DNA from: Pricia sp.
Lineage (GTDB): Bacteria > Bacteroidota > Bacteroidia > Flavobacteriales > Flavobacteriaceae
Assembly (NCBI RefSeq): GCF_041745955.1
Contig: NZ_JBGTHY010000538.1
Coordinates: 148 to 64,147 of the forward strand
Length of the DNA: 64,000 bases
Reading direction: 5' to 3'
The translations under genes and the position numbers were made by a program. Each line of letters opens with the position of its first letter. Position 1 is the stretch's first letter. The notes beneath the pieces were generated by a model. It made no database searches. It saw nothing but the letters and a program-made list of their open reading frames with translations, and was not told where the DNA came from. Below are positions 42,675 through 53,496 of this stretch, one piece after another.

Positions 42675-43745
42675 TTGAATTCCGATAATTTTATAAAAGG
42701 CAGGGGCGCCCAACAAAATACGCCCAATCGATTCTTCGAAAACCATCACGAAACACGGGATGATTTTCTGGAATTCTGCCGTCTTGAAGGCGAGGAGGCG
42801 GACAAACACAAAACGCAGTACATCCCGATTTTCCCAAAAACCATTGTCAATAAAGTTACGAGTCCCGATGTGGGGATGATGTATTCCATGAACCCATATC
42901 AAGGTTGTGAACATGGCTGTATTTACTGCTACGCGCGCAACACGCACGAATTTTGGGGGTACGGCCCGGGCTTGGATTTCGAGCGCAAGATTTTAGTCAA
43001 AAAAGCAGCTCCCGATTTGTTGGAGGCCAAACTGAAAAGTAAACGTTGGGAGGCCAAAACTATCGTTCTATCCGGCAATACGGATTGCTACCAACCGGTG
43101 GAGAAAAAATTCGGAATTACCCGCGCTTGTCTTGAGGTTTTCCAGAAATTCCGACATCCCGTGGGGATAATTACCAAAAACTCGCTGATTCTTCGGGATT
43201 TGGATATTCTAAAGGAACTGGCCAAAGACCGACTGGTCGGTGTCAACGTTTCGGTCACCTCCCTGTCGGAAGAAACACGCCGTATCTTGGAACCCCGAAC
43301 GGCAAGCATCAAAAAACGGCTGGAGACCATCCAGATTTTATCCGAAAACAATATTCCCGTAAACGCAATGTTGGCCCCGATCATTCCGGGCATCAACAGC
43401 CACGAGATCATGAGCTTGGCCAAGGCGGTTTCCGATAACGGGGCGCGCTCTTTTGCCTTTACCGTCGTACGGCTAAACGGGGCGATCGGCGGTATTTTCA
43501 CCGATTGGATAAAAAAAGCCCTTCCCGACCGGGCCGATAAAGTGCTGCATCAAATCGGGGAATGCCATGGCGGTAGCCTGAACGATAGCAGGTTCGGCAT
43601 CCGTAGCGGTGAAGGCAAGATTGCGACGCAAATACACGATCTAGTGCGTCTGGCGCGCCATACCTATTTTAAGGACAAAAGTTTTCCTGATTTGAACCAT
43701 GACCTGCATGAGCACTACAAAAGCGGTCAGATGCGATTGTTTTAG
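42675..43745 (+). CDS. PA0069-family radical SAM protein
   Basis: NPYQGCEHGCIYCYAR and GNTDCYQP motifs. Confidence 0.9.
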   Translation: MNSDNFIKGRGAQQNTPNRFFENHHETRDDFLEFCRLEGEEADKHKTQYIPIFPKTIVNKVTSPDVGMMYSMNPYQGCEHGCIYCYARNTHEFWGYGPGLDFERKILVKKAAPDLLEAKLKSKRWEAKTIVLSGNTDCYQPVEKKFGITRACLEVFQKFRHPVGIITKNSLILRDLDILKELAKDRLVGVNVSVTSLSEETRRILEPRTASIKKRLETIQILSENNIPVNAMLAPIIPGINSHEIMSLAKAVSDNGARSFAFTVVRLNGAIGGIFTDWIKKALPDRADKVLHQIGECHGGSLNDSRFGIRSGEGKIATQIHDLVRLARHTYFKDKSFPDLNHDLHEHYKSGQMRLF

Positions 43746-44401
43746 AGGGGATCCCATTCCCTATAGAATTGTTTTAGGTACTCCATCATGTACCGATGGC
43801 GTTCCTCGGCCAGTTGCTTCCCGGTTTCGGTATTCATTTTATCCTTCAGCAAAAGTAGTTTTTCATAAAAGTGGTTGACGCTCGGGGCGGTGCCGGTCTT
43901 GTATTCTTCCTTGGTCATTTTAAGGTTCGGGGCGATTTCAGGGTTATAGATTTCCCGATTTTTGAAGCCTCCGTAATTGAAGGTGCGAGCAATGCCTATG
44001 GCTCCCATGGCGTCTAGACGATCGGCATCTTGAACGACCTCTAGCTCCTTCGACCGGAACTTGCGACCCCGCTTCTTTTGTAGGCTGTTCTTGAACGACA
44101 TGTTTTTTATGATCTTGACCACATGGCCGATGGTTTTTTTCTTGACCTTGAGCTCCCCTAAAAAGCTTTCCGCCATTTCAGGGCCGATGGTTTCGTCGCC
44201 GTCATTGAACTTGGCGTCTGATATATCGTGCAAAAGTGCGGCCAGACTGACGACCAGAACATCTACCTTTTCATCCTTAGCTATAAATAAGGTATTTTTG
44301 AAAACACGTTGAATATGAAACCAATCGTGCCCACCTTCGGCCCCCAACAAGGTTTCCTTGACAAAGGCGATAGTCTGTTCTACAATCTCGCTATCGGTCA
44401 T
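43742..44401 (-). CDS. HD-domain phosphohydrolase
   Basis: GHDWFH, LLHD and QDADRLDAMGA motifs. Confidence 0.9.
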   Translation of the reverse strand: MTDSEIVEQTIAFVKETLLGAEGGHDWFHIQRVFKNTLFIAKDEKVDVLVVSLAALLHDISDAKFNDGDETIGPEMAESFLGELKVKKKTIGHVVKIIKNMSFKNSLQKKRGRKFRSKELEVVQDADRLDAMGAIGIARTFNYGGFKNREIYNPEIAPNLKMTKEEYKTGTAPSVNHFYEKLLLLKDKMNTETGKQLAEERHRYMMEYLKQFYREWDPL

Positions 44402-44402
44402 C

Positions 44403-45173
44403 TTAGGCATCGGTCGCGTCATTTATTTGTGATTTTGTTGCAAAGGAAGTTATTCCCGAGACTACTGCATTTTCTGTGGATGCTATGACGGCGTCCAAAT
44501 TATTAGTGACTTCGATGGCCTGGTGCACCTTAAATCCGATATGGTTGCCAATACCATTGGGGAACTTGCCATAGCGCAACATTTTCCAAGAGTTATTGAT
44601 ACTAATCGGCACCACCAAGGCCGATGGTGCATTCTTCATCAAAACTTTCAGTCCGATTACCTTAAAGGGTTTAGGATGTCCGGTCAGACTGCGCGTACCC
44701 TCTGGAAATATGACCGCACTTCGATTGTGCTCTTCTATATATCTTCCCAATTTGGCAATCTCATTCAACGATTGCCTGCCATCCTTGCGGTTTATTAAAA
44801 CGGAACCGCCGTGCCGCAAATTATAGGAAACACTGGGTATACCCTTACCCAATTCGCTTTTACTCACAAATTTGGGATGCCACTTGCGCATAAACCAAAT
44901 CAAAGGGGGAATATCATGCATACTCTGATGATTCGGAACGATTATCAATGGTCGGTCGGTCGGCAGATCGTACGGATTTTCAAATCGGTACGTAGTTCCC
45001 AAAAAAAGGGTAGTCCGCATAAGGCAAAGGTTCAGCAGGGCAACACTTTTGCGATGTGCTTCATAACCAAAAAGGGTATAACAGACCCATTGTACCGGAT
45101 GAAACACCAATAAGGCAAGACTAAATGCCATCAGGTAGAGCACGCTCAAGGGATATGCCAATAACTTCTGCAT
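44403..45173 (-). CDS. Lysophospholipid acyltransferase (PlsC-like)
   Basis: NHQSMHD and FPEGTRS motifs. Confidence 0.9.
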   Translation of the reverse strand: MQKLLAYPLSVLYLMAFSLALLVFHPVQWVCYTLFGYEAHRKSVALLNLCLMRTTLFLGTTYRFENPYDLPTDRPLIIVPNHQSMHDIPPLIWFMRKWHPKFVSKSELGKGIPSVSYNLRHGGSVLINRKDGRQSLNEIAKLGRYIEEHNRSAVIFPEGTRSLTGHPKPFKVIGLKVLMKNAPSALVVPISINNSWKMLRYGKFPNGIGNHIGFKVHQAIEVTNNLDAVIASTENAVVSGITSFATKSQINDATDA

Positions 45174-45283
45174 GCTGCAAAAATAAGATACTGGCGATAT
45201 TTTCGGAAAGAAAAAAGAGAATAGAATTTGGGTGCTCGGTGCTCGGTGCTCGGTTCAAAATAAAATAAGGAAACAAAAAAGTC

Positions 45284-45317
45284 AAAAAAAAGACCATTCA
45301 TTTTGGGAATGGTCTTT
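45284..45317 (-). terminator. Terminator of brxA/B
   Basis: AAAGACCATTC...GAATGGTCTTT stem with a T-tract on the minus strand. Confidence 0.7.
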
Positions 45318-45398
45318 CGATGCTTTTCGTGACTCCCTCCTTCTTGCATCCGACAGGCGATAGCGAGAGGAATGCAAAGGCTGTGGGGGGACCTTACT

Positions 45399-45809
45399 CT
45401 AGCAAAACTCGTTATACGCCCCCGTCAAATTCTCGGCAATCATCTCAGCGGGCCGGCCTTCAATATGGTGACGCTCGATCATATGCACCAACTCGCCGTC
45501 TTTGAACAAGGCGATGCTAGGGGATGATGGGGGAAAAGGCACCATCAAATCCCTTGCGGCCTTCACCGCCTCGACATCGACACCGGCAAAAACCGTAACC
45601 GTATGGTCGGGCTTTTTGGCGTTGTGCAGGCTCAATTTCGCTGCAGGTCTTGCGTTTGCCGCGGCACAACCACACACCGAATTGACAACAACCAAGGTTG
45701 TACCTGGTTTGTTGATTGCGTTTTCGACCGCTCCGGCCGTATGTAATTCTTCGAACCCGGCCGAGGCCAAGTCGTCTCTCATTGGTTTTACTAATTCTGC
45801 GGGATACAT
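45399..45809 (-). CDS. BrxA/BrxB bacilliredoxin
   Basis: NSVCGCAA and PPSSPS motifs. Confidence 0.9.
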   Translation of the reverse strand: MYPAELVKPMRDDLASAGFEELHTAGAVENAINKPGTTLVVVNSVCGCAAANARPAAKLSLHNAKKPDHTVTVFAGVDVEAVKAARDLMVPFPPSSPSIALFKDGELVHMIERHHIEGRPAEMIAENLTGAYNEFC

Positions 45810-46016
45810 AGTTTTTTATTTTTTATTTGGAAAACAAAGATACTGATTTAGTCGTGTTTTATAGGATTACTTAACGTTTCGTTCGGAAATCGGTTGACAT
45901 TAGCGGCATATAGACCGAAATGGTTCAAGGTACAATTCTCCTACTTGAATTTTACCCTGCCAACTGCTACGGCCTACTGTTTACTTTTAATATCTTTGCC
46001 CAAATTTTTGAACGAC

Positions 46017-46754
46017 ATGATCAAATGGTTCGCTGCCATCGCAGGATATTATCTTTTTCGGTTTCCCGGGGCGATTATCGGGTTTTTAATAGGCAGTTTT
46101 ATCGACAACCTTAGCAAAAAAGGTGGCGGGGCAAAGACGATATTTAGCGATATGACGAGGCAGAGCGTCTCCCCTGCCGATTTCGAACTTAATCTGCTAT
46201 CGCTATGTTCCCTAGTAATTAAAGCGGACGGACAGGCCAGCCAGCGCGAAATGGACTACGTTCGCCAATACTTCCTCAGCACCTATGGCAAAGAAAAGGC
46301 CAATGCCATTTTTAGGACATTTAATGAGGTGGTCAAGAAACGGGAAATATCCGCCCAACGAATATGTGCTTTTTTGAACCAGCGCACACGCTATGAAGTC
46401 CGTCTTCAACTGTTGCACTTCCTTTTCGGATTAGCACAGGCCGATGGTTCGGTCAGTAATCCCGAAATTGAAAAGATTCGTGAAATTGCGGGATATCTAC
46501 GGGTCGGGGCACGCGATTTCGAGAGCATCAAGGCCATGTTCATCAAATCGGCCAACAACGCCTATAAAATTCTTGAAATCGAAAAATCGTCTACCGATGA
46601 TGAAGTTAAAAAAGCTTATCGTACTATGGCCAAAAAGTACCATCCCGACCGGGTCAACACCGAAAACGAAGCCATCAAACGAGGTGCCGAAGAGAAATTC
46701 AAGGAGGTACAAAAAGCCTATGAAGAAATTCAATCCGAGAGGGGAATCGGGTAG
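46017..46754 (+). CDS. DjlA-like TerB + J-domain co-chaperone
   Basis: KADG TerB-like region; C-terminal J-domain with YHPD. Confidence 0.88.
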   Translation: MIKWFAAIAGYYLFRFPGAIIGFLIGSFIDNLSKKGGGAKTIFSDMTRQSVSPADFELNLLSLCSLVIKADGQASQREMDYVRQYFLSTYGKEKANAIFRTFNEVVKKREISAQRICAFLNQRTRYEVRLQLLHFLFGLAQADGSVSNPEIEKIREIAGYLRVGARDFESIKAMFIKSANNAYKILEIEKSSTDDEVKKAYRTMAKKYHPDRVNTENEAIKRGAEEKFKEVQKAYEEIQSERGIG

Positions 46755-46838
46755 TTGGGCAGTTGCACAGTAGGCAGTTTCCGTTCAAGGTTTATTTTTT
46801 TTATTGCCTACCGTAACTGCCACTGAATACTGACAAAC

Positions 46839-47426
46839 ATGCAAGACTTCTGGTTCTACATAAAACTCGGACTTGACCACGTGCTCGATATCAACGCTTA
46901 CGACCACATTCTGTTCTCGACGGCATTGGCGTTACCATTTACGTTCAAAAGTTGGAAAAATGTCGTTGTTCTCGCTACGATATTTACAATAACCCATTGC
47001 GCCTCGCTGGCGGTGAGCTCCTATGATCTGGTAGTTATCGATTCCGGACTTATCGAATTTTTGATTCCCGTTACGATCGTGATGACCGCCATTCTCAACC
47101 TTTTATATGTCAAGTCGGGCTCAAAGGGCAACAATATTTGGCTGCATGTGCTCGCCACCGCTTTTTTCGGATTGATTCACGGATTCGGTTTCAGCAACTA
47201 TTTTAAGATGTTGATGATGGAAGAAGATGATATCCTATCCCCTTTGTTGGGTTTTGCCCTAGGCATCGAAGTTTCACAGGTGATTATCGTACTCTCTATA
47301 TTGGTCGTTTCCCTTCTCGTTTCATCCCTTACAAAAGCGAAACATCCCGATTATGTCGCCATTTTATCCGTTTCGATTATCCTCTTGACCATCCCTATGT
47401 TCATTGAAACTTTTCCCTTTGCCTGA
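46839..47426 (+). CDS. HupE/UreJ family protein
   Basis: GLDHVL..YDHILF and FGLIHGFGF motifs. Confidence 0.85.
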   Translation: MQDFWFYIKLGLDHVLDINAYDHILFSTALALPFTFKSWKNVVVLATIFTITHCASLAVSSYDLVVIDSGLIEFLIPVTIVMTAILNLLYVKSGSKGNNIWLHVLATAFFGLIHGFGFSNYFKMLMMEEDDILSPLLGFALGIEVSQVIIVLSILVVSLLVSSLTKAKHPDYVAILSVSIILLTIPMFIETFPFA

Positions 47427-47514
47427 CCGCTCATCGATTTTCACGTAAAATTAACCCCTTATTATTGTTAGGATGCCACAAAGCGGCTACCTTAGTAATC
47501 TTTCCCAAAGCGGA

Positions 47515-47952
47515 ATGAAAGAAAGTAAACAGAAAAAATACGATAAAGCTTACTTGCGCATGGCACAGGAATGGGGCAAGCTTTCCTATTGTAAACGCAG
47601 GCAGGTGGGTGCCATTATCGTTAAGGACAGGATGATTATTTCCGATGGGTATAACGGCACACCTACAGGATTCGAAAATATCTGCGAAGATGAAGAAGGA
47701 TATACCAAATGGTATGTTTTGCACGCGGAAGCCAATGCCATAAGCAAAGTAGCCGCTTCCACCCAATCGTGCGAAGATGCCACCCTGTACATAACCCTAT
47801 CCCCTTGCCGGGAATGCAGTAAACTTATACACCAATCTGGCATAAAACGTGTAGTGTACCAGGTTGCCTATAAAGATGGTTCGGGATTAACTTTTTTGGG
47901 CCGGGCCGGGGTCGAGCTCGTTCACCTGCCCGAAATCAAAACTTTAGCCTAA
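47515..47952 (+). CDS. dCMP deaminase family
   Basis: HAEANA and SPCREC motifs. Confidence 0.92.
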   Translation: MKESKQKKYDKAYLRMAQEWGKLSYCKRRQVGAIIVKDRMIISDGYNGTPTGFENICEDEEGYTKWYVLHAEANAISKVAASTQSCEDATLYITLSPCRECSKLIHQSGIKRVVYQVAYKDGSGLTFLGRAGVELVHLPEIKTLA

Positions 47953-47974
47953 AATTTAATAGCCCCATACACCT

Positions 47975-49600
47975 ATGAAACGAAAACACAGCTATATTTG
48001 GCCGACCATCATAGCCGCGGCACTGGCCTTGGGCATCTTCGTGGGTGGCAAACTGCATTTCAACGATTCCCCCGAAAAACTTTTCAGTACCAATTCCAAA
48101 AAAGATAAGCTCAATCGGCTCATCGATTATATCGACTACGAATATGTCGATGACATCGATACCGATAGTATTGTCGATGTTACGGTAAATCAAATACTGG
48201 AAAAATTGGATCCGCATTCCGTATATATCCCAAAAGATGAAATGGGAAGGGTATCCGAGAACATGAAAGGGGATTTTGTGGGTATCGGCATCAATTTTTA
48301 TCCCTATAAAGATACCATTGCCGTTATACGCACCATACCTAAGGGTCCTAGCTCCCTAAACGGAATTAAGGCGGGAGATCGCATTTTGATGGCCGATAAC
48401 GATACCCTATATGGCAAAGATTTCGCCAGCAATGCCATCGTTAGCAAACTAAAGGGAAAGAAAGGCAGTTCCGTAAAATTGAAAATCTATAGAAAGAGCA
48501 ACGACAAAACTTTTACCGTACATGTTAAACGGGGCCTGATCCCCATAAAAAGTGTGGAAGCCTATTTTATGTTAACGGACGATATGGGCTATATCAAGAT
48601 AAACCGTTTTGCGGAGTCTACCTACAAAGAATTCAAGTCCGCTTTAAACACATTGCGCAAACAGGGCGCCAAAAAACTGACTTTAGACCTTAGGGACAAC
48701 CCCGGGGGCTATTTGGGGGTTGCCGAGCAACTGGCCGATGAGTTTTTACAGGATGATAAATTGATTCTTCTCACCAAGAACAAAAAAGGAAAGATCGATA
48801 AGATCCGCGCTACCGAAAAGGGAAGTTTCGAAAACAAGCCCGTCTATGTCCTGATCAATGAACGTTCCGCCTCGGCCAGCGAAATCATTGCTGGCGCACT
48901 TCAAGATAACGATATCGGCACCATAGTCGGCCGCCGCTCCTTCGGCAAGGGACTCGTACAGCGCGAAATGGAACTGGGCGATGGATCTGCCGTGCGATTG
49001 ACCGTTTCAAGATATTATACGCCCACGGGACGCAGCATCCAAAAATCGTATAAAAACGGGACCAAGGATTATTATCAAACCTTTACCGACCGATATCACA
49101 GTGGGGAAATGATTTCGGTGGATAGCATAAAAGTGGCGGATTCGTTAAAATTCACAACCCCTAAAGGTAAGGTAGTCTACGGCGGCGGCGGTATTATTCC
49201 CGATGTTTTCGTACCGATCGGTACGAATGAGGCGGAGGCCGTTGAAAGTATGGACAGTTATGGCTGGATTTCCTATTTTATCTTTGAACATTTGGATGGA
49301 AACAGAAAACAATATGCAGATTATTCGGAACAGGAGTTTATCAAAGATTTCTCGGTAGACGATATTCTATTCGAAGACTTCGTGGATTACTCCCTTCAAC
49401 GAAACCTCAAGATGAATTTCTACGATTATGAAAGTCCTATAAAAACATATCTGAAAGCGGCCCTGGCCGAGCAGATATTCGGTGCCAACGTCCATGCCCA
49501 GATAAAAAGTTCGGAAGACGCGATGCTGAAAAAAGTCCTGGAATTAGACAACCCAGTTTTCAACCAAGAGGATGCCGAGGCTATCGAGGCGAAAAACTGA
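47975..49600 (+). CDS. S41 carboxy-terminal processing protease
   Basis: LDPHS, DLRDNPGG, SASASE and GKGLVQ motifs. Confidence 0.94.
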   Translation: MKRKHSYIWPTIIAAALALGIFVGGKLHFNDSPEKLFSTNSKKDKLNRLIDYIDYEYVDDIDTDSIVDVTVNQILEKLDPHSVYIPKDEMGRVSENMKGDFVGIGINFYPYKDTIAVIRTIPKGPSSLNGIKAGDRILMADNDTLYGKDFASNAIVSKLKGKKGSSVKLKIYRKSNDKTFTVHVKRGLIPIKSVEAYFMLTDDMGYIKINRFAESTYKEFKSALNTLRKQGAKKLTLDLRDNPGGYLGVAEQLADEFLQDDKLILLTKNKKGKIDKIRATEKGSFENKPVYVLINERSASASEIIAGALQDNDIGTIVGRRSFGKGLVQREMELGDGSAVRLTVSRYYTPTGRSIQKSYKNGTKDYYQTFTDRYHSGEMISVDSIKVADSLKFTTPKGKVVYGGGGIIPDVFVPIGTNEAEAVESMDSYGWISYFIFEHLDGNRKQYADYSEQEFIKDFSVDDILFEDFVDYSLQRNLKMNFYDYESPIKTYLKAALAEQIFGANVHAQIKSSEDAMLKKVLELDNPVFNQEDAEAIEAKN

Positions 49601-49712
49601 ACTCCCTCGATGAAAGCATCCGAAGTATCAAATTCCAAAAAAAGCAAATTCCAAATTCCAAGAAATAGAAAATACAATGCAAGCATAGGGGGATTATACC
49701 CCTAGGGTTTAA
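49598..49712 (+). mobile_element. ~110-bp MITE/REP-like element, copy 2
   Basis: Homologous to 39879-39987; its first bases supply the S41 TGA stop codon. Confidence 0.65.
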
Positions 49713-49812
49713 AACACTTTGGGTTTTGCGCCATTAGCACGCACGTTGTACCCCAAATGCTTCTTTCTTGCGGTCTGCGCAGGGGGATAAGCGCATGGCA
49801 ACCAGGGTCGCA

Positions 49813-50016
49813 TTACTTCCCCTCAATTTTCCGTTGGATCTTTTTGCTCGTTCTGAAAATGAGCAATAGCGCAATAGCGCATAGCGGTGCCAAAATGCCG
49901 ATTAGGGCCACAGTGCTATCCCCTTCAAAAGGGTTTTGAAAATCGACCATCGTAACGTTGTAGGCCATAAGCGCCAAGGCCAGAAGTATTAGAATTATGT
50001 TCAGTGTTTTGTTCAT
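49813..50016 (-). CDS. Small 2-TM hypothetical protein
   Basis: 67-aa ORF with two hydrophobic helices. Confidence 0.7.
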   Translation of the reverse strand: MNKTLNIILILLALALMAYNVTMVDFQNPFEGDSTVALIGILAPLCAIALLLIFRTSKKIQRKIEGK

Positions 50017-50062
50017 GTTACTATCTTAAGGGTAAATACGCGGTGCTTTGTGGCCGCAAGGT

Positions 50063-50665
50063 TTATTGGGATAGGGGGGTTAAAAACAGTTGATTAATGT
50101 TGGTCGCGAACAACTTCACTGCGATCGCCAACAAAATCACCCCAAAAACCTTCCGGATGACACTGAGGCCGTTTTTGCCCAGTACTTTTTCGATCCGTTT
50201 TGATGATTTTAAAACCAGATATACAAAGACCGTATTTGTAATAATGGCAACGATGATGTTTTCCACGTGATATTCCGCACGTAGCGATAATATGGCGGTC
50301 AACGTACCCGCCCCGGCTATCAAAGGGAAAGCAATGGGCACTATCGAGGCACTTTCAGCTTCTTCTTCACGGTAAAGGCTTATCCCCAAAATCATTTCGA
50401 TGGCCAAAAAGAAGATTACAAATGCTCCCGCCACGGCGAACGAATAAACATCGATACCGATAAGTTTTAAAATTTCCTCCCCGACGAACAAGAAGGCCAC
50501 CATAATTACCGCGGAAACAACGGAAGCCTTTTCCGATTGGATATGGCCCACCTTTTTTCGCAATCCGATAATAATAGGTATACTGCCTAAAATATCGATA
50601 ACCGCAAAAAGCACCATGGTCGCCGTGGCGATTTCCCGAAAATTGAAATGGAATTCCATATTCAT
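50063..50665 (-). CDS. MarC family membrane protein
   Basis: IVPIAFPLIAGAG and GVILLAIAV motifs. Confidence 0.9.
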   Translation of the reverse strand: MNMEFHFNFREIATATMVLFAVIDILGSIPIIIGLRKKVGHIQSEKASVVSAVIMVAFLFVGEEILKLIGIDVYSFAVAGAFVIFFLAIEMILGISLYREEEAESASIVPIAFPLIAGAGTLTAILSLRAEYHVENIIVAIITNTVFVYLVLKSSKRIEKVLGKNGLSVIRKVFGVILLAIAVKLFATNINQLFLTPLSQ

Positions 50666-50847
50666 CTACAAAATTTTGGTCTCATTTACCCTTTTTCGTT
50701 TACCTAAAGGTTTCCTGAGCGTAATGCAAGGAAAATTTTCGGCAAAATTACATCTTATGAATAGGTTTCTTGTAGGAAAATCCGAATTAATTACGCTTCG
50801 TAAATCCCCTACGGAAAAGCTATCTTTGCGCATCAAAAATTCCAAAA

Positions 50848-51414
50848 ATGTTCCAGCTAGGAAAAACCATAGTATCCGAAGATATTATCGAGAAGGATTT
50901 CGTCTGTAATCTAACGGCGTGTAGAGGCGCATGCTGCATCGACGGTAATGCCGGGGCGCCCATTGAAGACAGCGAGACCGAAATTCTGGTCGACATCTAC
51001 AGCAAGGTGAAGCCCTTTTTACGGCAAGAGGGCATCGACGCCATCGAAGAACAGGGGGCCTTTGTCAAGGGTGAGGATGGGGAATGGGAAACCCCCTTGG
51101 TCGATAATAGTGAATGCGCCTATGTGACCTTTACCAAGAACGGAACGGCAAAATGCGGTATCGAAGAGGCCTATGAACAAGGTGTCATAAAGTGGAAGAA
51201 ACCGGTCTCGTGCCACCTCTATCCCGTTCGGGTTCGGGAATATACCGAACTCACCGCCGTGAACTACCACAAATGGCAAATCTGCGACCCCGCCTGCGCC
51301 TTGGGTGAAGAACTGCAAGTGCCCATTTACAAGTTCGTAAAGGAAGCCTTGATCCGTAAGTTCGGGACCGATTGGTATGCGGAACTAGAACAGGTTGCGT
51401 CGGAACATAGATAA
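50848..51414 (+). CDS. DUF3109 family protein
   Basis: FVCNLTACRGACC and KPVSCHLYP motifs. Confidence 0.88.
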   Translation: MFQLGKTIVSEDIIEKDFVCNLTACRGACCIDGNAGAPIEDSETEILVDIYSKVKPFLRQEGIDAIEEQGAFVKGEDGEWETPLVDNSECAYVTFTKNGTAKCGIEEAYEQGVIKWKKPVSCHLYPVRVREYTELTAVNYHKWQICDPACALGEELQVPIYKFVKEALIRKFGTDWYAELEQVASEHR

Positions 51415-51487
51415 AGTACCCAATCCCTGGTCGGCCGATATATAACCGGATTGGGTTTTGGAATTAGGGATTTATTGCTTCGAGTCT

Positions 51488-53485
51488 TCAAGTAGTTGGA
51501 AGATGTAGCACCACCTTGGTACCGCTAGCCTCTCCGCTTTTATCATATAAGTCGACAATCTCTAAATCAAAAGAATTTTGATATTCTTTGGCAAAGTTGG
51601 CCAGGCGCTCTTTGGTAATATCGATACCTACCGATTTTCGCTTCAATACTTTATTCGCCTTTAACTTTTCGGAGGCAGATCTACCAATACCGTTATCTAT
51701 GATGGCGATATGAATATATCCTTTCTTATCACTCGAAATATGCAAGTTGATATTTTTTTCGCCCTCCTTGCTTGACAATCCGTGCCAAAGGGCATTTTCG
51801 AGAAAGGGCTGTAAAATTAAAGACGGAATGCGCACCGTGTGGACATCGATATCGCTATCAACGCAGATATCAAAATTTATTTCATTGGAAAAACGGATGT
51901 TCTCGATGGTCATATAAAGTTCTACGGTCTCCAGTTCTTCGGCCAACGGAATTTCCCGAACCGAGGATGATTCCAGAATTTTTCGCACCAGCTTTGAAAA
52001 TTTGTTCAGGTAATGCACGGCATTTTTCTGTTCGTTGTTGATGATGTACAGTTTAATGGAATTCAGCGAATTGAACAAAAAATGCGGATTCATCTGACTA
52101 CGGAGCATGCTCTGTTCCAAGGTCAACAATTTCTTTTCGTTCTTGAGCTGGTACTGTCGGTACAGAATATAAAAAATGCCCGCCAACAATGCCAGGGCAA
52201 TACCGCTTATGAGTAAGGTAGTTTTGGTCGTGCGCAGCTGCATTTCATTCGTACGAAGTTTCATTTCGTACATTTCGTTCTTTTGGGACAATGCTTGCAG
52301 GTTGTTGCTGTCCTTCACCGAATTATATCGTAAGATGATATCGTTAACATACCGAACGGTACCCTCGTTCAAGATCTGTTCATCGATTTGATCCGCTTTT
52401 AATTTATGACCCAGCGCTTTTTTATAATCGCCGATATGACCATAAAGCTCCGATAAAAGATGATTGGCCCGTGCGGATGCCTCTTGCAATTTTAATGAAT
52501 CGGCCAGTTTTAGGCCTTGGAGCATATACTCTTCCGCCTTCCCAAATTGCCCGGATCGCATTTGTGCCCAACCCATATCGATGTAAACAGGAGCGATCAA
52601 AAATCCGTCTCCCAATCTTTGCGCCACGGGCAAGGCGGTTTTGAGCAAGCTTAGGGCGTCATCCGTCAGGTTCTGTTTCAGGTAAACCTGTGCGATACTG
52701 GTCTTACAGATCACACGGCCCATATCGTTATCTATCTGTTCATCATAGGCCAACGAGGTACGGTAATTCTCCAGGGCCAGATCGAGTTGGCCCTGCTCTT
52801 CAAGACATCTTCCGATATTTTGATAATTGACAGCAAGCCCACGGGTATTGCCAAGTTCAGCTTCAAGCTTCAGGGATTTCTCAAAGTAGTCAATGGCCTG
52901 ATCGTACTGCTTAAGCATCAGATAGAGGTGGCCGATGCAGTTGAACGAAACGTTGATGCTTCTTTTTAGACTTTCCGATGGATTTTTAACAGTTTGGGCC
53001 AGTTCTAGGGCCCTCTGATTATAATCCATGGCCATGCGAATGGAAGATATTCTGCGATAGACCACTCCCAGATTGTTCAGGCTATATACCCTAAAATCCA
53101 GATTATCGGCCTTTTCGGCAATGGCGAGCGCCTCTTCGTGCAAGGTTATGGCCATGTCATATTGCGAGATATTGCGATAGGTCCTGCCGAGTTCGTTAAG
53201 GGCGTATGACTGTCCGGCCGCATAGCGATTGACGGCCGAGGTGTTGGCAACATGGCGCATGAGAAGTGTGTCGTTCCTGTTTTGATCCAATATTCCGTGG
53301 ATATCGGCAAAGGCGACCGGTTTGGCCTGTACCAAACTGTCGACGGTCTCTAAAAAAGTATCGGGAATGGATTGGGCATATCCCCCCAGAAATAAAAAAA
53401 AGAAAAACACGGGAACACAAAGTTGCGCGGAATGCAAAAAACACGTGCGGGGGAAAGCTGCGTCAAAGGGAATGTGGGATTGCAT
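51488..53485 (-). CDS. TPR-containing LytS-type histidine kinase
   Basis: TPR repeats, TM segment, QMNPHFLFNSLN, LQPFLENALWHG. Confidence 0.92.
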   Translation of the reverse strand: MQSHIPFDAAFPRTCFLHSAQLCVPVFFFFLFLGGYAQSIPDTFLETVDSLVQAKPVAFADIHGILDQNRNDTLLMRHVANTSAVNRYAAGQSYALNELGRTYRNISQYDMAITLHEEALAIAEKADNLDFRVYSLNNLGVVYRRISSIRMAMDYNQRALELAQTVKNPSESLKRSINVSFNCIGHLYLMLKQYDQAIDYFEKSLKLEAELGNTRGLAVNYQNIGRCLEEQGQLDLALENYRTSLAYDEQIDNDMGRVICKTSIAQVYLKQNLTDDALSLLKTALPVAQRLGDGFLIAPVYIDMGWAQMRSGQFGKAEEYMLQGLKLADSLKLQEASARANHLLSELYGHIGDYKKALGHKLKADQIDEQILNEGTVRYVNDIILRYNSVKDSNNLQALSQKNEMYEMKLRTNEMQLRTTKTTLLISGIALALLAGIFYILYRQYQLKNEKKLLTLEQSMLRSQMNPHFLFNSLNSIKLYIINNEQKNAVHYLNKFSKLVRKILESSSVREIPLAEELETVELYMTIENIRFSNEINFDICVDSDIDVHTVRIPSLILQPFLENALWHGLSSKEGEKNINLHISSDKKGYIHIAIIDNGIGRSASEKLKANKVLKRKSVGIDITKERLANFAKEYQNSFDLEIVDLYDKSGEASGTKVVLHLPTT

Positions 53486-53496
53486 GAAATCAAGGG

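Noticed and set aside
45399-45809. Bacilliredoxin outside Firmicutes as a novelty
   Set aside because: BrxA/B homologs are already known in Bacteroidota.
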